From Promethearchaeia archaeon (lineage in GTDB: Archaea; Asgardarchaeota; Lokiarchaeia; Sigyniarchaeales; SOKP01): a stretch of DNA of 22,387 bases. Below are positions 19,537 through 22,387 of this stretch, one piece after another (positions within the stretch are counted from its first letter, which is position 1; every line of letters starts with the position of its first letter). The stretch spans positions 1 to 22,387 of the forward strand of contig JAWOCD010000025.1 in the NCBI GenBank assembly GCA_046483985.1, written 5' to 3'. The position numbers and the translations under genes are program-made. The notes under the pieces are model-generated. The model saw only the letters and a program-made list of their open reading frames with translations. It had not been told where the DNA came from and ran no database searches.

Positions 19537-19701
19537 TTAATCTTCTTCTTTTTTTTCTACAATTACATTATCTCGTTGGATTCCTGTTTCTCGACTCTCC
19601 GGGAGCGGTTTTCCACAATAGTCTTTTTGTGCCTGCATCTCCTTCCAATCTTCTTCCATTTTTTTATCTAATTCTTCTTTATCTGATTCTTCCTTTTTCA
19701 T
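19537..19701 (-). CDS. Small acidic hypothetical protein (54 aa), below the ORF-track cutoff
   Basis: MKKEESDKEELDKKMEEDWKEMQAQKDYCGKPLPESRETGIQRDNVIVEKKEED*; E/K-rich like neighbouring genes; TTTATAAA about 40 nt upstream. Confidence 0.6.
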   Translation of the reverse strand: MKKEESDKEELDKKMEEDWKEMQAQKDYCGKPLPESRETGIQRDNVIVEKKEED

Positions 19702-19781
19702 ATTCTTTAGTTAGAAATGTTTTTATTTAAAAATTACATTTATAAAAAATTGATTTGAGTTTTATTTTTTCGCTTCTTCTT

Positions 19782-20005
19782 TTGAACTGGCATATCCTAA
19801 AGGGCGATGGATTCGTAATTCATCGAGAATCGCCGACACATATAACATCGGTCTTACATCCTCTTCAAACGTCAAACCCGCAACCCCTACGGTTGGGGAT
19901 GAACTTGGTTATCTTCCATCAATTACATTATTAATAGCGCTCCTTTATAAAAATATGGGCGATTCATCAGCGCCATGAAGGACGGTGCTTTCTCGCACTC
20001 TAACG
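19782..20005 (-). mobile_element. Non-autonomous IS200/IS605 mini-element carrying a tnpB 3'-end/omegaRNA-like remnant
   Basis: Follows TTAC. Left-end-like GCGA-GAAAG-CACCGTCC-TTCA-TGGCGCTG-ATGAA-TCGC. Degenerate reading SAINN...TVGVAGLTFEEDVRP resembles the TnpB C-terminus (NAAxNI...TVGxxG...DVRP). Right-end-like GAATCC-ATCGCCCTTTAGG...AGTTCAA. No transposase present. Confidence 0.7.
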
Positions 20006-20029
20006 GTAAATAAAAAAATAAGTTAAGGA

Positions 20030-20407
20030 TTATTTTTTTCCTTGTTGCGCGATAAATTTGAAGGCAGATTTCTCTTTTTCCTCTGGTCTCCGTTCGGGTA
20101 CATTATAAAAATCCTTATCAACAGTTTTATAATAATCTGGGCGCATAAAAAGATTGCAGTAACATGTTCCGTATTCCGGTACATCCTTTTGTGCATATAT
20201 GCAAGGACAGATTATATCTCTGTCCAATTTCCTTTTTCCAGATGCTAACCGACATGGACAGCTTTGATATCCTAATTTCTTTTTATTCTCTATCAGCCCT
20301 TCAATTAAATCATTCAACGTTTCTTCATCTTTATTTAATATCCAGTCATTGGCCTCACATACATTATTACAATATTCTTTCATCCCTTCCTTCGTTTCCA
20401 TATCCAT
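20030..20407 (-). CDS. ftrB: Ferredoxin:thioredoxin reductase catalytic (beta) subunit
   Basis: CPCR...CPC...CYC triad. Start set at MDMETK (20407), just after the glutaredoxin stop, with GGAGGTG inside the upstream gene's last codons. Confidence 0.9.
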   Translation of the reverse strand: MDMETKEGMKEYCNNVCEANDWILNKDEETLNDLIEGLIENKKKLGYQSCPCRLASGKRKLDRDIICPCIYAQKDVPEYGTCYCNLFMRPDYYKTVDKDFYNVPERRPEEKEKSAFKFIAQQGKK

Positions 20408-20408
20408 T

Positions 20409-20729
20409 TTATTCGCCACCTCCTTTCTCGATGACTTCCTCATATGTATTAGGGCTATATCCAACTATTGGTTCTCCATCGCAGACCATAAAGGGATAAG
20501 ATATTCTCTTATCAAAATTGCTTTTTAGATAATCAATAATTTGCGATTTTTGACCATTTTCTATTTTATCCACATCAATATAATGGTATTTAATATCATG
20601 TTCATTGAGCCATCGTTTACATTTTTTGCACCACATACAAGTTGAAAGGGTAAAAATGGTTATATCATGCTTGTTATTTTTGCCTTCCACATCAATCGCT
20701 AATGTATCAATTAATTCTTCTTTTGACAT
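20409..20729 (-). CDS. Glutaredoxin/NrdH-like protein
   Basis: TLSTCMWCKK active site, SYP cis-Pro, IVGY. Confidence 0.88.
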   Translation of the reverse strand: MSKEELIDTLAIDVEGKNNKHDITIFTLSTCMWCKKCKRWLNEHDIKYHYIDVDKIENGQKSQIIDYLKSNFDKRISYPFMVCDGEPIVGYSPNTYEEVIEKGGGE

Positions 20730-20784
20730 TTAAAATCTCCATTTCGAGTTTCTTTGTGATATATATGCTATTTTATTGAAGTAT

Positions 20785-21119
20785 TTATTTTTCGTTTTCT
20801 TTTAATTTTTTAAGATTTTCTTTCCAATGAGGGTCAATACAAGCAAACGCTTCTTCCGTTCTCTTTTTAATATCTTCATGACAAGAGTCCAATAAAAACC
20901 CAAAGACGTTTAGTGCTCTTTTATCCCCAATCGCCATTAAGCTGTCAATGCAATTAAACAAATGTTTTGATAATCCGATTTGTAATACGGGGGAATTAAC
21001 GGAGTTCCCATTCCTCAAATTTCCTAACTCATGGCCGCCTTCTGCTCTTTTTTGCCATGTTTCGCCTTGAAAGATCTTTTTTATTCTCTCATTTAGTTTT
21101 TTATTTCAGGAGGTCTCAT
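20785..21119 (-). pseudogene. Frameshifted HEAT-repeat-like gene
   Basis: ATG 21119 gives MRPPEIKN*. Adding one A to the A6 run (21097-21102) gives MRPPEIKKLNERIKKIFQGETWQKRAEGGHELGNLRNG...IDSLMAIGDKRAL, with HEAT-like W..R...ELG and L..IGD.RAL motifs. Confidence 0.5.
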
Positions 21120-21265
21120 CCGTTTTCACTCTAAATAATGATTTATCCACATAAGAACCTAGTTATAATAAATTATAAAAAGATTAAAGAACGCAAAGAC
21201 ATTAAAAATTTATAAGGTACATTTTTAATTATTTGATAAAATTATTTTTCTATACAAGAAATAAA

Positions 21266-22318
21266 ATGAGTTCTACCGAACAATTCCTCTGTATTAGCTA
21301 TTTTGATCAAATTATCGGGCCGAATATATTTTATTGCAACAAGCCGCTAGAAGAAAAGAAAGAGGATACCCCCGATTTAGAACGTATTTTAGAATTTAAC
21401 GAAGAGCCCGGAACTTTTATTTTTGCATTTCGGAAATTCCAAACGATTAATCGGATCTTCTATGTTGATTCTCGTATTGCCCGAGGGGGTAAAGAACTCA
21501 TAATGATTTCTTACTTAGTTAAAACATCCTATTTCCGAAATGAAATAACCGATGTATTCAAATATTTGCGGTCTAAAAAGCCTATTTTAGAAGACTTCTC
21601 TGAAGAATTATCCCGGATTGAAGAATTACCGAAAGTCCTCGCCAGCGAAAAGGGCAAACACCCCAGAGGAAATCTCCTTCAGTTTGGCTCAAAAAAGTTC
21701 CAAGAAGAATTTTTGGCTGTGTTTAATAAATATTACAATAAAATAATTCCCAAACACCCGTATAATGTTCCATTCAAGAATAAAGGGGCTTCGAAGAAAA
21801 AGATTTTTATTTTCGGTTCCAAAAAATCCGGTAAAAAAACATTTTTAAAAAATATTGAAGCTATCCAGTTCCATAAGCAAGTAAATAGAGACTTACCCAC
21901 ACTTATCTATGAGATTGTCATAGATAATATTGAAGTGATGACATTTAATTGTACCGATGCCAATATAGAATGTGAAGAATGTCCGGATTTCGGAAATTGC
22001 CTAAATAATGCTCAAGGATTTATATTGATTTTTGATGTGTCTGATAAGCAATCTCTTATTGAAGCCAGAAAGAAATACCAAACTATAGTAAATAAATGTC
22101 AATTATACAAGAAAGATACTAATAGTACGCCAGTATTAATCGTTGGTAATAAATTTACACAACATGAAGAAGTACTGGAGGAAATGGTTGAAGAAAAATT
22201 TGATCTTGACATAGCAAAAAAATGTGATATTGTTTTCAAATATTTTTCCATTAATATCATGAAAGAGGATGAAAAATTAATGAACGCGCTTCGGTGGCTT
22301 GTTCAAAATATGATGTAG
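21266..22318 (+). CDS. Longin/uDENN-like domain fused to a degenerate Ras-like small GTPase domain
   Basis: N-terminal LCISYFDQIIGP; C-terminal IFIFGSKKSGKKT (G1), LPT (G2), AQGFILIFDVSD, LIVGNKF (G4). ATG 21266 preferred over TTG 21233. Confidence 0.75.
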   Translation: MSSTEQFLCISYFDQIIGPNIFYCNKPLEEKKEDTPDLERILEFNEEPGTFIFAFRKFQTINRIFYVDSRIARGGKELIMISYLVKTSYFRNEITDVFKYLRSKKPILEDFSEELSRIEELPKVLASEKGKHPRGNLLQFGSKKFQEEFLAVFNKYYNKIIPKHPYNVPFKNKGASKKKIFIFGSKKSGKKTFLKNIEAIQFHKQVNRDLPTLIYEIVIDNIEVMTFNCTDANIECEECPDFGNCLNNAQGFILIFDVSDKQSLIEARKKYQTIVNKCQLYKKDTNSTPVLIVGNKFTQHEEVLEEMVEEKFDLDIAKKCDIVFKYFSINIMKEDEKLMNALRWLVQNMM

Positions 22319-22387
22319 TTCCTTCATTTTCATTAGAAGAGGATTCTATTGCGAAAAGTGTAGATCAGATCAAAATCGCTTAAAAAT

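Noticed and set aside
19481-20010. CRISPR array from the 29-nt direct repeat
   Set aside because: Only two copies about 500 bp apart and no cas genes; better explained as IS ends.
20408-20464. N-terminal extension of FTR
   Set aside because: It overlaps the glutaredoxin gene; the ATG at 20407 has an SD-like sequence.
360-20499. Short antisense or nested ORFs in the track (e.g. 360..557, 2290..2523, 8519..8722, 11020..11262, 17682..17876, 20164..20499)
   Set aside because: They are shadows of well-supported genes and carry no motifs.
3784-20729. Selenocysteine recoding in the redox genes
   Set aside because: Active-site positions are all Cys codons, these ORFs are complete and end in TAA, and no SECIS could be supported.

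Overview
AT-rich archaeal chromosomal window, most consistent with an Asgard archaeon (Lokiarchaeia-like). This is inferred from a Zn-finger-LRR protein, a longin-like/small-GTPase-fold fusion, a large acidic CARDB/Ig surface protein and Zn-ribbon membrane proteins. Cysteine and thiol-redox genes dominate: cysS with a directly upstream, non-canonical tRNA-Cys(GCA) missed by the ORF track, cysK, msrA, an OsmC/Ohr protein, a two-domain protein disulfide oxidoreductase, two Cys-tailed Lrp/AsnC regulators, and a same-strand cluster of glutaredoxin, ferredoxin:thioredoxin reductase catalytic subunit, a 54-aa ORF and two CCG-domain (HdrB/D-like) Fe-S proteins. Two non-autonomous IS200/IS605-type mini-elements lie inside that cluster. 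The first (~224 bp) has a left end, a TATA-like box, a tnpB-3'/omegaRNA-like scaffold and a right end. The second (~46 bp) is a left-end/right-end fusion. Other candidates are a coiled-coil/polyproline/WH2-like protein (possible actin regulator), a longin-pseudoGTPase with a Cys4 insert, an internal duplication in CysRS, two single-base frameshifts, a (CAAAATA)7 repeat and a possibly structured intergenic RNA. All family calls come from motif recognition by eye; no database searches were run.
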